Shown here piece by piece: positions 27,375 through 36,656 of a stretch of DNA of 64,000 bases (positions are counted from its first letter, which is position 1; each line of letters opens with the position of its first letter). The notes below the pieces were generated by a model, which saw only the letters and a list, made by a program, of their open reading frames with translations, was not told where the DNA came from and searched no databases. This stretch comes from Anaerolineae bacterium (lineage in GTDB: Bacteria; Chloroflexota; Anaerolineae; DRVO01), in NCBI GenBank assembly GCA_013178015.1, contig JABLXR010000030.1, forward strand, positions 51,238 to 115,237, given 5' to 3'. A program made the translations under genes and the position numbers.

Positions 27375-28289
27375 CTACCTACCCGGCAAGGGGTGCTCCT
27401 GGAAGAACTCCCACATGGTCTGGGTGGCGTCTATGTCGTACGTGGTGCGGTTGGCGATCAACTCGGGCAGAGCTATGCCTCCCGGCCAGGTGTGTCCCCC
27501 GCCGGCGATCACGTAGAAGACTACGTCTGCCTCGCAGTCAGTGAACTGACGGCCGGTTACCTCGTCGCTGATGGAGAGCTCCCTCGGCGGCCCGTTACAG
27601 CCGTTTCGCCTGGCCAGGGTTTCGACCCACTCGGGAACATTGGGGAAGGGTGAGCCGAAAGGCCGACTCGGTCCTCCGTCAAAAGGCACTATGGGATCAT
27701 CGGTGCCGTGGAAGACGATGGCGGGCACCGGACGCGCCGGGTTGCATTCCTCCCAAGGGAGGACGTAGGCACCGGCGACCATGCCTACAGCCGCGATACG
27801 CTCCGACAAGGCACAGGCCAGTAAGAAGGACATCCCGCCCCCGTTTGACAGCCCGTTCACGTATATGCGGTCAGGAGCGATGTTGTACTTGCTCTCCAAG
27901 TGGGCGATGAGATCGGAGACAAACCTGACGTCCACCTGAGGATCGTCTCCAGCGGCGGAGACGCCCCCCGCCCGCCAGCGGCGGGGGAAGCCGGTCCCGG
28001 AGGGGTACACCACGATGAACCCATGCTGGTCGGCTAGGGCGTTCCATCGGCTTAGCTGCATCTGGTGGGCGGGCCACTGGGCGAAGCCGTGGATGGTGAT
28101 GACGAGAGAGGTAGGGGTGGCAGGGTCGTAGCTGTCGGGAACATAGAGCAGGTACGTCCGCTCCTGGCCCGACGACACCAAGGACCCGTTGGTTTGGTCA
28201 AGCAGCCGGAACCCCACCGCTGCTGCGAGGAAGAGAAGGGCGAGGAGTCCCATTAGCACCAGAGCAGGTCTGGCCAGGCGCCTCATCAT
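27375..28289 (-). CDS. Secreted alpha/beta-hydrolase esterase (polyhydroxybutyrate depolymerase / feruloyl-esterase-like family)
   Basis: N-terminal signal/TM (LVLMGLLALLFLAAAVG). GxSxG nucleophile elbow (VNGLSNGGGMSF). LLYVPDSY...ITIHGF pattern typical of esterase/PHB depolymerase family. Confidence 0.8.
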   Translation of the reverse strand: MMRRLARPALVLMGLLALLFLAAAVGFRLLDQTNGSLVSSGQERTYLLYVPDSYDPATPTSLVITIHGFAQWPAHQMQLSRWNALADQHGFIVVYPSGTGFPRRWRAGGVSAAGDDPQVDVRFVSDLIAHLESKYNIAPDRIYVNGLSNGGGMSFLLACALSERIAAVGMVAGAYVLPWEECNPARPVPAIVFHGTDDPIVPFDGGPSRPFGSPFPNVPEWVETLARRNGCNGPPRELSISDEVTGRQFTDCEADVVFYVIAGGGHTWPGGIALPELIANRTTYDIDATQTMWEFFQEHPLPGR

Positions 28290-28392
28290 CTATCTGTCCA
28301 CTCCATGTTTGGCCTGGATGCCGGCCGAGGCAGCGGAGGCGGCCCGAAGCGCATCTCCCGCAGCGCTCGGGCTACCGGGGAGACGGGCTGAG

Positions 28393-28977
28393 TCATCGAG
28401 ATCGGAGGATCTCCTTGATCTCGCGGACCTCCTTGAGCAACTGACCCAGCGCACGGTCGATCTCCGGCTCGGGGGCGCCTTCGGTGGTGGTGGCGCCACT
28501 GATCCGGCGGTAGCGACGCAACTCCTCTCGCACCAGTTCGTGCACGGCTTCGTAGTCGCGCAGCCCCGAAAGTACGGCCTCAGAGGCAGTCTGCCCAGAC
28601 AATCCGGCCGTTTCGACTTTGAGCGTCCCCATCCCCAGCAGCCTGTCGAGCGGACCGCGGGCCAGATGGAGGTTGGTGACCGTCCGGTAGGGCACTACCT
28701 TCACTGAGCGGGTGATGATGCCCTTGAACACCACGATCTCATCTTCTCTCAGTTCGTAGCGAATGGACCGGAAGTATAGGGGCAGTAGGATAGAGGTGGG
28801 CACCAGCCAGAGGGCATTAGCGATCAGGAACAGGATCACGTAGGCCCAGCCCAGCTCGGGAATGAGCCCCAGCAAGACAAGGGGGAAGATGAACACCAGG
28901 AAGATGAGCAAGGTGTTCAGGTAGAGCTTGACCAGGTAGGCCCGGTCGGGGAGTACCACTCTCGTGGCCTGGCTCAT
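28393..28977 (-). CDS. Bacterial PH-domain (bPH_2/YdbS-like) membrane protein
   Basis: Two N-terminal TM helices followed by the LREDEIVVFKGIITRSVKVVPYRTVTNLHLARGPLDRLLGMGTLKVETAG pattern characteristic of bPH_2. Confidence 0.7.
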   Translation of the reverse strand: MSQATRVVLPDRAYLVKLYLNTLLIFLVFIFPLVLLGLIPELGWAYVILFLIANALWLVPTSILLPLYFRSIRYELREDEIVVFKGIITRSVKVVPYRTVTNLHLARGPLDRLLGMGTLKVETAGLSGQTASEAVLSGLRDYEAVHELVREELRRYRRISGATTTEGAPEPEIDRALGQLLKEVREIKEILRSR

Positions 28978-29073
28978 CGGTTTCTCCTTGGCCTGCCGAG
29001 TGGATAGCAGCTAGCGGTGCCGAACTAGCGGGCCGTGCCTCAATGACTGCCCACCGTCCGGCATCCGCTGCCG

Positions 29074-30033
29074 CTAGTACGCGAACAGAGGCGCCACCGA
29101 CTCGCCGGTAAGGTTGCGCCGGATGGCCTCGCCAAACACGGGCGCCACCGACAGGACCTTCATGTTGGGGAGGCGCCTCTCCGGGGGGATGGGAACGGTG
29201 TTGGTGACCACGATCTCGGCGATCTCAGGTATGTTCGCCAGGCGCTCGATCGCGGGACCGCTGAAGAGGCCGTGAGTACAGGTGACGTAGAACTCCTCCG
29301 CCCCCTCTTCCCGGAGCAGCCGGATGATCTCTACCATGGACCCAGCAGTGGCGATCTCGTCATCGTAGACGATGCAGCGCCTGGTGTGGACGGTGCCGAT
29401 AAGGCCGTGTACCTCCACTCGATCGTCGCTCACCCTCTCCTTGTTGCCGGCGACCAGGGGCAGGCCCAGTGCACGGGCGAATTTGCTGGCTCGCTTGGCG
29501 TTGCCGATGTCCGGGGTGACCACGCAGGTGTCGGATAGGTCCTTGCCCTGGAAGTACTGCACGAAGGTGGTCTGGGCGGAGAGGTGGTCCATGGGGACGC
29601 TGAAGAAGCCGTGCACCTGAGGAGAGTGCAAGGTCATGGTCATGACGTGCTGCGCGCCTGCAGTGACCAGCAAGTCGGCCACCAGACGGGCGGCGATGGA
29701 TATGCGGGGTTCATCCTTCTTGTCGGAGCGGGCGTAGGAGAAGTAGGGGATGACAGCATTGATCCGGTGGGCCGAAGTGCTGCGGGCCGCGTCTAGCAGA
29801 AGCAGCAATTCCATGAGGTGCTCCTGTGCCGGGGGCGAGAGGGTCTGCACGATGAAGACCTCGCCCTCGCGCACCGTTTCCAGGAGCTGCACGTACAAGT
29901 TGTCGTTGCTGAATCGGACGATGCGGCAAGGGCTCACTTCCAGGCCCAGGTAGCTGGCAATCTCCTGAGCCAGCTCGGGATGGGATGAGCCGCTGAAGAT
30001 GCGCGGACGGCGACCCTCACTGCTCGTCGGCAC
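29074..30033 (-). CDS. prs: Ribose-phosphate pyrophosphokinase (PRPP synthetase)
   Basis: RIFSGSSHPELAQEIASYLG N-terminus. PRPP-binding loop VYDDEIATAGSM. Probable GTG start at 30033; the ORF is open to 30135 with a non-conserved Arg-rich extension. Confidence 0.9.
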   Translation of the reverse strand: MPTSSEGRRPRIFSGSSHPELAQEIASYLGLEVSPCRIVRFSNDNLYVQLLETVREGEVFIVQTLSPPAQEHLMELLLLLDAARSTSAHRINAVIPYFSYARSDKKDEPRISIAARLVADLLVTAGAQHVMTMTLHSPQVHGFFSVPMDHLSAQTTFVQYFQGKDLSDTCVVTPDIGNAKRASKFARALGLPLVAGNKERVSDDRVEVHGLIGTVHTRRCIVYDDEIATAGSMVEIIRLLREEGAEEFYVTCTHGLFSGPAIERLANIPEIAEIVVTNTVPIPPERRLPNMKVLSVAPVFGEAIRRNLTGESVAPLFAY

Positions 30034-30409
30034 TTTCCCTCGCCTCCCATTCCGCCAGTGTCTGTCGGTACTCCTCCTCACTGATGATCGTGCCGCCCTG
30101 GGCCTGCTGTGACTCCGGGCGCTTCTGCTTGTCAAAGGTAAGGTCCACCTCGATGGGGACGTAGCAGCGGCGGCTGCCGATCACCGTCTTGTGGCTGCTG
30201 TAGTAGTCGGGGTAGTCGGAACCGCCTGCCGACGTGCTGTGCCACTCGGGGCTGAGGTCGTTGCGCAAGTCGACCCGGAGGGCCAGGGGCTCGCCGCAGG
30301 TGTTGCAGCGGAGATACACGGTGTGCGTCTGGCTCTCGGAGGAGCGAGGTCCACCGGAGAACAGCGCCTTCAGCTTGTCGAGGAAACCCACGTCCTCCCT
30401 CCTACCCAT
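30017..30409 (-). CDS. Small zinc-ribbon protein (Cys-x2-Cys...Cys), hypothetical
   Basis: ATG overlaps the upstream stop (TAATG at 30407-30411). Contains CNTCGEP...RRC and an acidic C-terminus. Lies between the GT39-like gene and prs on the same strand. Confidence 0.55.
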   Translation of the reverse strand: MGRREDVGFLDKLKALFSGGPRSSESQTHTVYLRCNTCGEPLALRVDLRNDLSPEWHSTSAGGSDYPDYYSSHKTVIGSRRCYVPIEVDLTFDKQKRPESQQAQGGTIISEEEYRQTLAEWEARESADEQ

Positions 30410-31887
30410 TACAGGAACCGGCTGACGTAGTATAGCGCCCCGGCCAGGTCTAGTGCCCACAGCGCCAGCAGCGGCAGGGCCGATACCGCCGGCCATCGCC
30501 GTAAGGCCCACCGCCAGACGAAGAGGCCGGCCGCCGCGGCGGCCAGCAGCGCCAGGAGCAGGCCAGGCACATCTCCCCGGGCCCACCCGAGGGCGAACAG
30601 CGCCGCGCCCAGCAGGCCCAGGCCGGCGCAGGCCGCCAGGGGGCGCTCCCGCGCCGTTACCATACCCACCACCATGGCCGCGCTCCACACTGGCAGGGCG
30701 GCGTAGAGGTAACGGCCCTGGTACTGCACGAACTTCATATTATACCAAAGCAAGCCGCAGATCGAGAACGAACCCCAGGCAGCGAGCAGAATGACGTGAG
30801 CTCGCCGACGAACACCCGGCCCGCCCCCGGAGCCGGCAAGCTGCCGCAACAGGTGCGGCGCTCCCGCAATCACCAACCCCAGGACGGCGGTGGCGGACAC
30901 CACGGCCAGGAGCAGGTAGACCGGCTCGTGCATGGGGACGCCCATCCAGCCGAACACGCCCCAGAAGCTCTTGAAGGTGAGGGTAGTGCCCTCGGTAAGA
31001 ACGCGCACCGGACTGAACTCCGCCAGGAGTTCGGCGGTAGTGAGCTGGCTGGCGGCGATGGCGTCGTGACGGGTCAGGCCCAGGGGGTCGCGCAGCCCGT
31101 AGGTGACCAGGTTGCGGGCCACCCAAGGCAGCCAGAGGATGGCGGCCGGCAGGGCGACCCTGGCGCCGGACCTCAGGACCCTCGCCCACGGGGGACGGTG
31201 CAGCCGACGGTGCAACAGCAGGCCAGCCAGCACCAGGGGCACTGCGATGTAGGCGGTGGTCTTGGTGAGGAGGCACAGGCCGAGGAGGATGCCCAAGATC
31301 GTGAGGCGCTTGGGTGCAGGGGCGGGGGAGTGGACGAGGGCGCGCAAGGTCAGCAGGGTCACCGAAGCGGTGAGGGCCTCGGCCAGGACGTCGTTGTTGA
31401 TGCCGGCGCTCATGGCGGTGTGCATGGGTATGAAAGCGACCGTCGCTGCCAGAGCCGCCGCCCGGCCCTGCCGCCGCGGCCAGAGGGCCAGCCCCAAGGA
31501 GTAGGCCATGGCGAGGGCGGCCACGCCGTTGGTGACGGTGAAGAGGCGCAACGCGCGAACCTGGAGGGGTACGGGATCGCCGGCGAAGGCCGTCAGCACC
31601 GGGGCCGCCAGCAGGTAGTAGAGGGGCGGCTGGTGGCTCTCGTAGCGGATGGCACTGACGTCGCTCCCCTCGGGGAAGCCAGCGGCCTTCAGTTGGTCCA
31701 GGTAGCGGGACGGGAAGTCTCCCATCTGGAGCACGGGCAGGGAGCCCTCGATCACCAGATGACGGATGTAGTTGTAGTGGGCCGGCTCGTCGGCCGCCTG
31801 CCACGTCGGGGTGATGACGGCATAGGCGAGGGCAGCGGCTAGGTAGGCCGCCAAGGTCATCGCTATGGGAAGCGTCTGCCTAGTCAC
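30409..31887 (-). CDS. GT-C fold glycosyltransferase, family 39/83-like (ArnT/PMT-like)
   Basis: First-loop DE motif (ADEPAHYNY), PPLYY motif and about 11-13 TM helices, typical of the ArnT/PMT_2 family. Confidence 0.75.
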   Translation of the reverse strand: MTRQTLPIAMTLAAYLAAALAYAVITPTWQAADEPAHYNYIRHLVIEGSLPVLQMGDFPSRYLDQLKAAGFPEGSDVSAIRYESHQPPLYYLLAAPVLTAFAGDPVPLQVRALRLFTVTNGVAALAMAYSLGLALWPRRQGRAAALAATVAFIPMHTAMSAGINNDVLAEALTASVTLLTLRALVHSPAPAPKRLTILGILLGLCLLTKTTAYIAVPLVLAGLLLHRRLHRPPWARVLRSGARVALPAAILWLPWVARNLVTYGLRDPLGLTRHDAIAASQLTTAELLAEFSPVRVLTEGTTLTFKSFWGVFGWMGVPMHEPVYLLLAVVSATAVLGLVIAGAPHLLRQLAGSGGGPGVRRRAHVILLAAWGSFSICGLLWYNMKFVQYQGRYLYAALPVWSAAMVVGMVTARERPLAACAGLGLLGAALFALGWARGDVPGLLLALLAAAAAGLFVWRWALRRWPAVSALPLLALWALDLAGALYYVSRFL

Positions 31888-32279
31888 TTCCGTCGTCTCC
31901 GGTGCACGCCAGTGCCCGCCGGGGAAAGGGCGGGCGCCCCCGTGGCCCGATGATACACGGGCCGGGCCGTGGGGGTAAACCGGGAGCCTCTTCGGTGCGG
32001 ACCCAAGGGAACTGCAGCTTCTTCAGCCCCGCGGCTGCCACTGGCGAGTGTCATATGCCGCTGCCCCACCTGTCCCGAAGCCATGTCAGGTGTGCGATGC
32101 GGGCGGGTCCCAGCCTCGGCCCAGGGCAGGCGCGGTGGCCTGCCCCCACCGGCGGGAGTCTGAGCGCTGGATGCAGTCGCCCTGGGTGCCGGTGATGCAG
32201 ACGTGCCGGAGACGGGTGACTCGGGTACAATGGCGGGCGCCCCTGTGCCCGACAGGCGAATACACGCCGCGCGAGGTGG

Positions 32280-33164
32280 TTGTTGGCCGGCATCGCAGCC
32301 ATTATGGTGCTCGTCTCCGCCTTCATTCACGCTTCCTGGAACATACTGGCCCGGCGTAGTCGTGCCGAGACTCACTTCATCGGCCGGATGCTCCCCATAC
32401 TAGCCGGAACGGGGCTGGCGCCGGCGCTGGTGGGCCAGTACCTGACCGGAACCATGAGCGCACGGGTGTGGCTCTACGTGATAGGCTCCGGCCTCTGCTG
32501 CGGCTTCTACTTCATCTCGCTGGGGCGAGCGTACGAGGCCGCCGACTTCACCACCGTGTACCCAGTGGCCAGGGCCCTACCGGTACTGCTGGTGGCGGTG
32601 GGGGACAGCCTGCGCGGCGCCGTGCCCAGCGTCGCAGGCTGGCTGGGGATGACCCTGGTGGTGGCTGGATGCGTGATGGCGCCCCTGCGCACCCGACGTG
32701 ACCTGCGCCTGGACCGCTACTGGAACCGTGCCAGCCTGTGGATGGTCCTCACCGCCCTGGGAACGGTGGGCTACTCGCTCCTGGACAAGCAGGCGGCCGA
32801 TCTGCTTCGCCCCGGGCCGGTGTCGGCGGTGATCTACTGCTACTTTTTCTACCTCTTTGCCTACGTCGGCTATGGGATCTTCTCCCGCCTCCTGCTTCCG
32901 TCGGCGAAGGCAACGAACCCACCGAACACGTCGGTGTGGCTTCCCACCGCCGCCGGGTTCATGAGCTTCGCCGCCTACTTCCTGGTGGTATGGGCTTACC
33001 AGATCGTACCTCATGCCAGCTACGTGGTGGCCTTCCGGCAATCTAGCCTGATCATCGCCGTGCTCATGGCTTTCGCCCTCTACCGGGAGGAGCGGCACCG
33101 GTCGCGGCTGGCCTCGGTACTGGTGATCACTGCTGGCCTGGTGCTTATCACCGTAGGAGGGTGA
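32280..33164 (+). CDS. DMT-superfamily (EamA-like) transporter
   Basis: Ten predicted TM helices in a duplicated 5+5 arrangement, ~294 aa. Confidence 0.7.
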   Translation: MLAGIAAIMVLVSAFIHASWNILARRSRAETHFIGRMLPILAGTGLAPALVGQYLTGTMSARVWLYVIGSGLCCGFYFISLGRAYEAADFTTVYPVARALPVLLVAVGDSLRGAVPSVAGWLGMTLVVAGCVMAPLRTRRDLRLDRYWNRASLWMVLTALGTVGYSLLDKQAADLLRPGPVSAVIYCYFFYLFAYVGYGIFSRLLLPSAKATNPPNTSVWLPTAAGFMSFAAYFLVVWAYQIVPHASYVVAFRQSSLIIAVLMAFALYREERHRSRLASVLVITAGLVLITVGG

Positions 33165-33314
33165 TGGGCCTGGCGGTGGAACGCAAGCAACGCTATACTG
33201 ATGTGACGCTCAGTCCCACCCCCAGGGCCGTCCGAGCTTCTGGGCCCGCCTGTGGCTTCGTTGTGTCGGGCGTGATGGGGCTGCTTGCGGCGCACCTCCT
33301 CCGAGGAGACAAGA

Positions 33315-33566
33315 ATGGAGTGCCCGAACTGCGGCACCTACAACCCGGAAGATCGCACTCAGTGCTGGAAGTGCGACGAGCTGCTTCCCACCAAGAAGGA
33401 AGAGCGGCCAAAGCGTAACGAGCAGGGCAGGCTCAGCCCCTGGACCTGGCTGGTGCTGATAGTGCTGGGAGGAGTGTGGTTCTTCACCCAGTGCAGCAGC
33501 CCCCTGCGGCAGGAGCCGACCACGCGTCACCAGCCCCCACCGCCCGTGGTTCGCCCCCTGATCTAG
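33315..33566 (+). CDS. Small zinc-ribbon membrane protein (CPNCG...CWKC plus one TM helix)
   Basis: MECPNCGTYNPEDRTQCWKCDELLP zinc ribbon followed by WTWLVLIVLGGVWFF TM and a Pro-rich tail. The ORF is open from 33285. Confidence 0.45.
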   Translation: MECPNCGTYNPEDRTQCWKCDELLPTKKEERPKRNEQGRLSPWTWLVLIVLGGVWFFTQCSSPLRQEPTTRHQPPPPVVRPLI

Positions 33567-33644
33567 CCGGCAGGAACGAGCTCGAAGCCTGGCAGCGACC
33601 ACTACGGATCGGGCACCAGCGGGGTCCAGCGGCCGCCGTCAGCC

Positions 33645-34784
33645 TCAGAGGGCGCTGCGCAGCAGGTTCACCACGTCTTCCTCGGTCATGCGCCGCGGAT
33701 TGTGCTCCATGCTAGATGACATCGATTGGCGCGCTACCTCTTCCAGGTCTATCCGCGTCACCCCGGCGTCTCTGAGCCTGCCCGGTATCCCTAGTTGGGT
33801 CAGCAACTCCCGTACCCAGTCCACCGCCGCCCGGGCTGCCTGAGCTTCGCTCTGCCCGGCGGTGTCCAGGCCCAGGAGCGAGGCCACCTCGGCGTAGCGA
33901 GGGGCGGCGACGGGCAGGTTCCACTCCATGACGTAGGGCAGGAGTAGCCCGCACACCAGCCCGTGAGGGAGACTGTGATGGCAGCCGAGCGGGTGGGCCA
34001 TCCCGTGTACCGCCCCCAGCCGGGCATTGGCTAGAGCCATCCCCGCCATCAGGCTGCCGTAATGCAGATCGCGTCGGTAGGCGATCTGGGCGCCATCGCG
34101 GTAGGCGGGCAAAAGGGATCGGCCGATGAGCCGGATGGCATCCCGGCACAGGGCATCGGTGACAGGCATGGCTCCCACCGACACGAAGGACTCGATGGCT
34201 TGGGTAAGGGCATCGGCCCCCGTGTAGGCGGTGACGGAGGGGGGCAGGCTGAGGGTCAGCGTGGGGTCTACCAGCGCCACCTGGGCGAACCACGAGCGTC
34301 CGCGGATGCTCTTCTTGGTGCCGCTATCGGGGTCAATGAGGACGGCGTTCATGGTGACCTCGGCCCCAGTGCCGCTGGTGGTGGGTATGGCCACCCAGGG
34401 CAGAGGATCGCCGTCCAGCGGGCGTCCTTCCAGGTATTCCCTGGGCGAGCCAGCGAGCGGGGCCAGCCCGGCGATGGCCTTGGCTGCATCCATGGCGCTG
34501 CCCCCGCCCAGGCCCACCAGCACGTCGGCGGCTCGGCCCCTAGCACAGGCGATGCCCTCGGCCACCACTTGGAGCGTGGGCTCTCCCCGCACGCGGTCGA
34601 ACACCTCAGCGGCGACGCCCGCCTGGTTCAGGGAGTCGAGGGCGCGGCCAAGGGTGCCGGAGGCGCGGGCGGAGGCGCCACAGACTAGAAGCGCTTGCGT
34701 CCCCAGAGGGGCCACCTGGGCACCCAACTGGGCGATGCAGCCATCGCCGGTGACGACTGTGACCGGGAGATGGAAGCTTTTCAT
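33645..34784 (-). CDS. Iron-containing (group III) alcohol dehydrogenase
   Basis: GGGSAMDAAKAIA NAD-binding motif. Metal-binding His cluster (HGMAHPLGCHHSLPHG). ATG at 34784 overlaps the upstream stop (ATGA). Confidence 0.85.
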   Translation of the reverse strand: MKSFHLPVTVVTGDGCIAQLGAQVAPLGTQALLVCGASARASGTLGRALDSLNQAGVAAEVFDRVRGEPTLQVVAEGIACARGRAADVLVGLGGGSAMDAAKAIAGLAPLAGSPREYLEGRPLDGDPLPWVAIPTTSGTGAEVTMNAVLIDPDSGTKKSIRGRSWFAQVALVDPTLTLSLPPSVTAYTGADALTQAIESFVSVGAMPVTDALCRDAIRLIGRSLLPAYRDGAQIAYRRDLHYGSLMAGMALANARLGAVHGMAHPLGCHHSLPHGLVCGLLLPYVMEWNLPVAAPRYAEVASLLGLDTAGQSEAQAARAAVDWVRELLTQLGIPGRLRDAGVTRIDLEEVARQSMSSSMEHNPRRMTEEDVVNLLRSAL

Positions 34785-35392
34785 ACGGCCTGATCCAGGT
34801 GCCCGCCCGGCATGCAAACGATCTCCACCACTCCCAGGTCGAAGAAGCGCATGGCATTGGCGGCCCGGAGCACCACGGCGGTGTCGGCTCCGCGCCCGGT
34901 GCCGGCTATGGCCATCACCTCCTCGCCTGTGTGGACTAGCCCGGCGTCGGCTGCCATGAGGGTGATCTCGACCGCCACCTTCATCCCCTCGCCGAACAGG
35001 CGGAGGGTGTAAGCCACGATCTCATCGAGCTCGTAGGTGCCAAGCTTCATGCGCACCGCGCGCCCCACCCCGCCGAAGGCGTGCTGGCAGGTGAGCACCG
35101 CAGCCCCCTCGTCGCGGATGGCCTGCAATACGTCCGAGGGAGCCTCCTGCATGTTGGGTTGGCGGAAGCCAGTGGAATGGGTGACGGCCACCACGCTGTA
35201 GCCGCGGAAGGTTCGAGCGGCCTGGAGGCCGGTCTGGCCGGTGGTGGTGGCCACCAGCACGCTGCGGAGGCCGAGGGCGGCCATCCGCTCGCGAGCCAGT
35301 GCGAGCGTCTTGTCCGTGTTGTTGGGTCCCGGTGGAGTGAAATAGGTGATCTCGCGCTGCAGAGTAGCCATCTCGATACGACCTCCGGTCAA
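34781..35392 (-). CDS. Pyruvate-kinase C-terminal (alpha/beta) domain-like protein
   Basis: VLVATTTGQTGLQAARTFRGYSVVAVT resembles the PK_C fold motif. Translationally coupled to the downstream Fe-ADH. Confidence 0.55.
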   Translation of the reverse strand: MTGGRIEMATLQREITYFTPPGPNNTDKTLALARERMAALGLRSVLVATTTGQTGLQAARTFRGYSVVAVTHSTGFRQPNMQEAPSDVLQAIRDEGAAVLTCQHAFGGVGRAVRMKLGTYELDEIVAYTLRLFGEGMKVAVEITLMAADAGLVHTGEEVMAIAGTGRGADTAVVLRAANAMRFFDLGVVEIVCMPGGHLDQAV

Positions 35393-35440
35393 TAGGTTAC
35401 CGGTTGCAGGGAACAGGGGGCGAGGAGTGCCCTCCTGAGC

Positions 35441-36502
35441 CTACTCCCGTCTGAGCAGGTAGATGTTGGCGGTCATCTGGCGATCTCGGTATGGGATGCG
35501 GACGGGAACGACACGGTCGAGGAACCACGCACCTCCTTCCTGTTGCAGCGCCGAGCGGAAAACACGTGTGGCGGCAGTGACGGCCACCAGCACCGCGCGC
35601 GGGGCAGCCAGTCGGGCCGCCTCGCGCAGGAGAGCGGGATATAGCTGCCGGTTCTCCTCGCTGCTACCCACTAGCATGCCGTAGGGCAGGTCCACCACCA
35701 TCGTGTCCACCGATCCTGAAGCCAGCGGCACCCGAGTGACGTCGCCGCGTATCAGAGCGACCTGGGCCAGGTGTCCGCTCGCCCGCAGGTTGGCCTCGGC
35801 GCACTCGATCGCCCCGGCGCTGGCGTCCACGCCCAGGGCGAACCGCGCGGGCAGATGCTCCAGCCGTTCCACGAGGAGCGTTCCCGAGCCGCAGGCCAGG
35901 TTCAGGAAGCGATCATGGCGGCGCGGGCCCGCCAATCGGATCATAGCATGGGCAATAGTAGCGTTGAGGGCGCCGGGCATGCTGCACACGCGCCAGGCTC
36001 GGGCTGACAGAGGACGGGGAGTGGTCCGGGCCAGCACCTCCCAGCCAGGCGATCCGTCCGCGGGGCGACGTACTGACACTAGGAGATCGCCTTCCCCGCC
36101 GGTAGCTGCCAGGCCGAGCGCCCGCTCCAACTCCTCTTTCAGCCGAATGAAGACCGAGGAGCCCGAGCCGGCGGCACTGATCCTCACCGAGGCGAAAGCT
36201 CCCCGAGGCTGGCGGGAGACGATGCTGCTCAAAAGGGCTGCAAGCCGGGTGAAGTGCTGGTGACCTAGGAGGGCGCGCGGCCTGGGCACGTCGAACCGGG
36301 CTAGGAGATGCACAGCCACGGCGCAGCGCAGGCGCTCCAGTATCCACGGCTCTCCCAGGATCCTCACCGCTATCCGACCCGGTGCGGGACGGCCAATCAC
36401 GTGCCTCCTGCTCGCCATGAGCCCGGCCAGCTCTTCCTCAACGATACTTTCGAGGCCGGGCAAGACCTCGATCTCAACGTCCTGCCATTCCTCCATGGTC
36501 AA
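35441..36502 (-). CDS. THUMP-domain class-I SAM-dependent RNA methyltransferase (N2-G/N6-A type, RlmL/Trm14-like)
   Basis: N-terminal THUMP-like region. SAM-binding LNLACGSGTLLVE. Catalytic DLPYG (D/N-PP-Y-like) motif. Confidence 0.8.
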   Translation of the reverse strand: MTMEEWQDVEIEVLPGLESIVEEELAGLMASRRHVIGRPAPGRIAVRILGEPWILERLRCAVAVHLLARFDVPRPRALLGHQHFTRLAALLSSIVSRQPRGAFASVRISAAGSGSSVFIRLKEELERALGLAATGGEGDLLVSVRRPADGSPGWEVLARTTPRPLSARAWRVCSMPGALNATIAHAMIRLAGPRRHDRFLNLACGSGTLLVERLEHLPARFALGVDASAGAIECAEANLRASGHLAQVALIRGDVTRVPLASGSVDTMVVDLPYGMLVGSSEENRQLYPALLREAARLAAPRAVLVAVTAATRVFRSALQQEGGAWFLDRVVPVRIPYRDRQMTANIYLLRRE

Positions 36503-36656
36503 ACTGCCGGTTACAGGTCACAGGAGATGTGCGATAGGGCAACACCCGCACCGGAGCGGTGGGGCTCCACTGCCGTGCGCCGGAAGCGGAACCGCCCCGT
36601 TTCCTATTCCCCGTGACCTATCCCCTGCGCTCCACTTGTGGTATGCTGTCGCCGCC

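Noticed and set aside
30740-31842. Two long ORFs (354 aa minus-strand in another frame; 348 aa plus-strand) overlapping the GT39-like gene
   Set aside because: The TM-rich minus-strand frame 30409-31887 has the DE and PPLYY family motifs. The others are Gly/Arg/Pro-rich artefacts.
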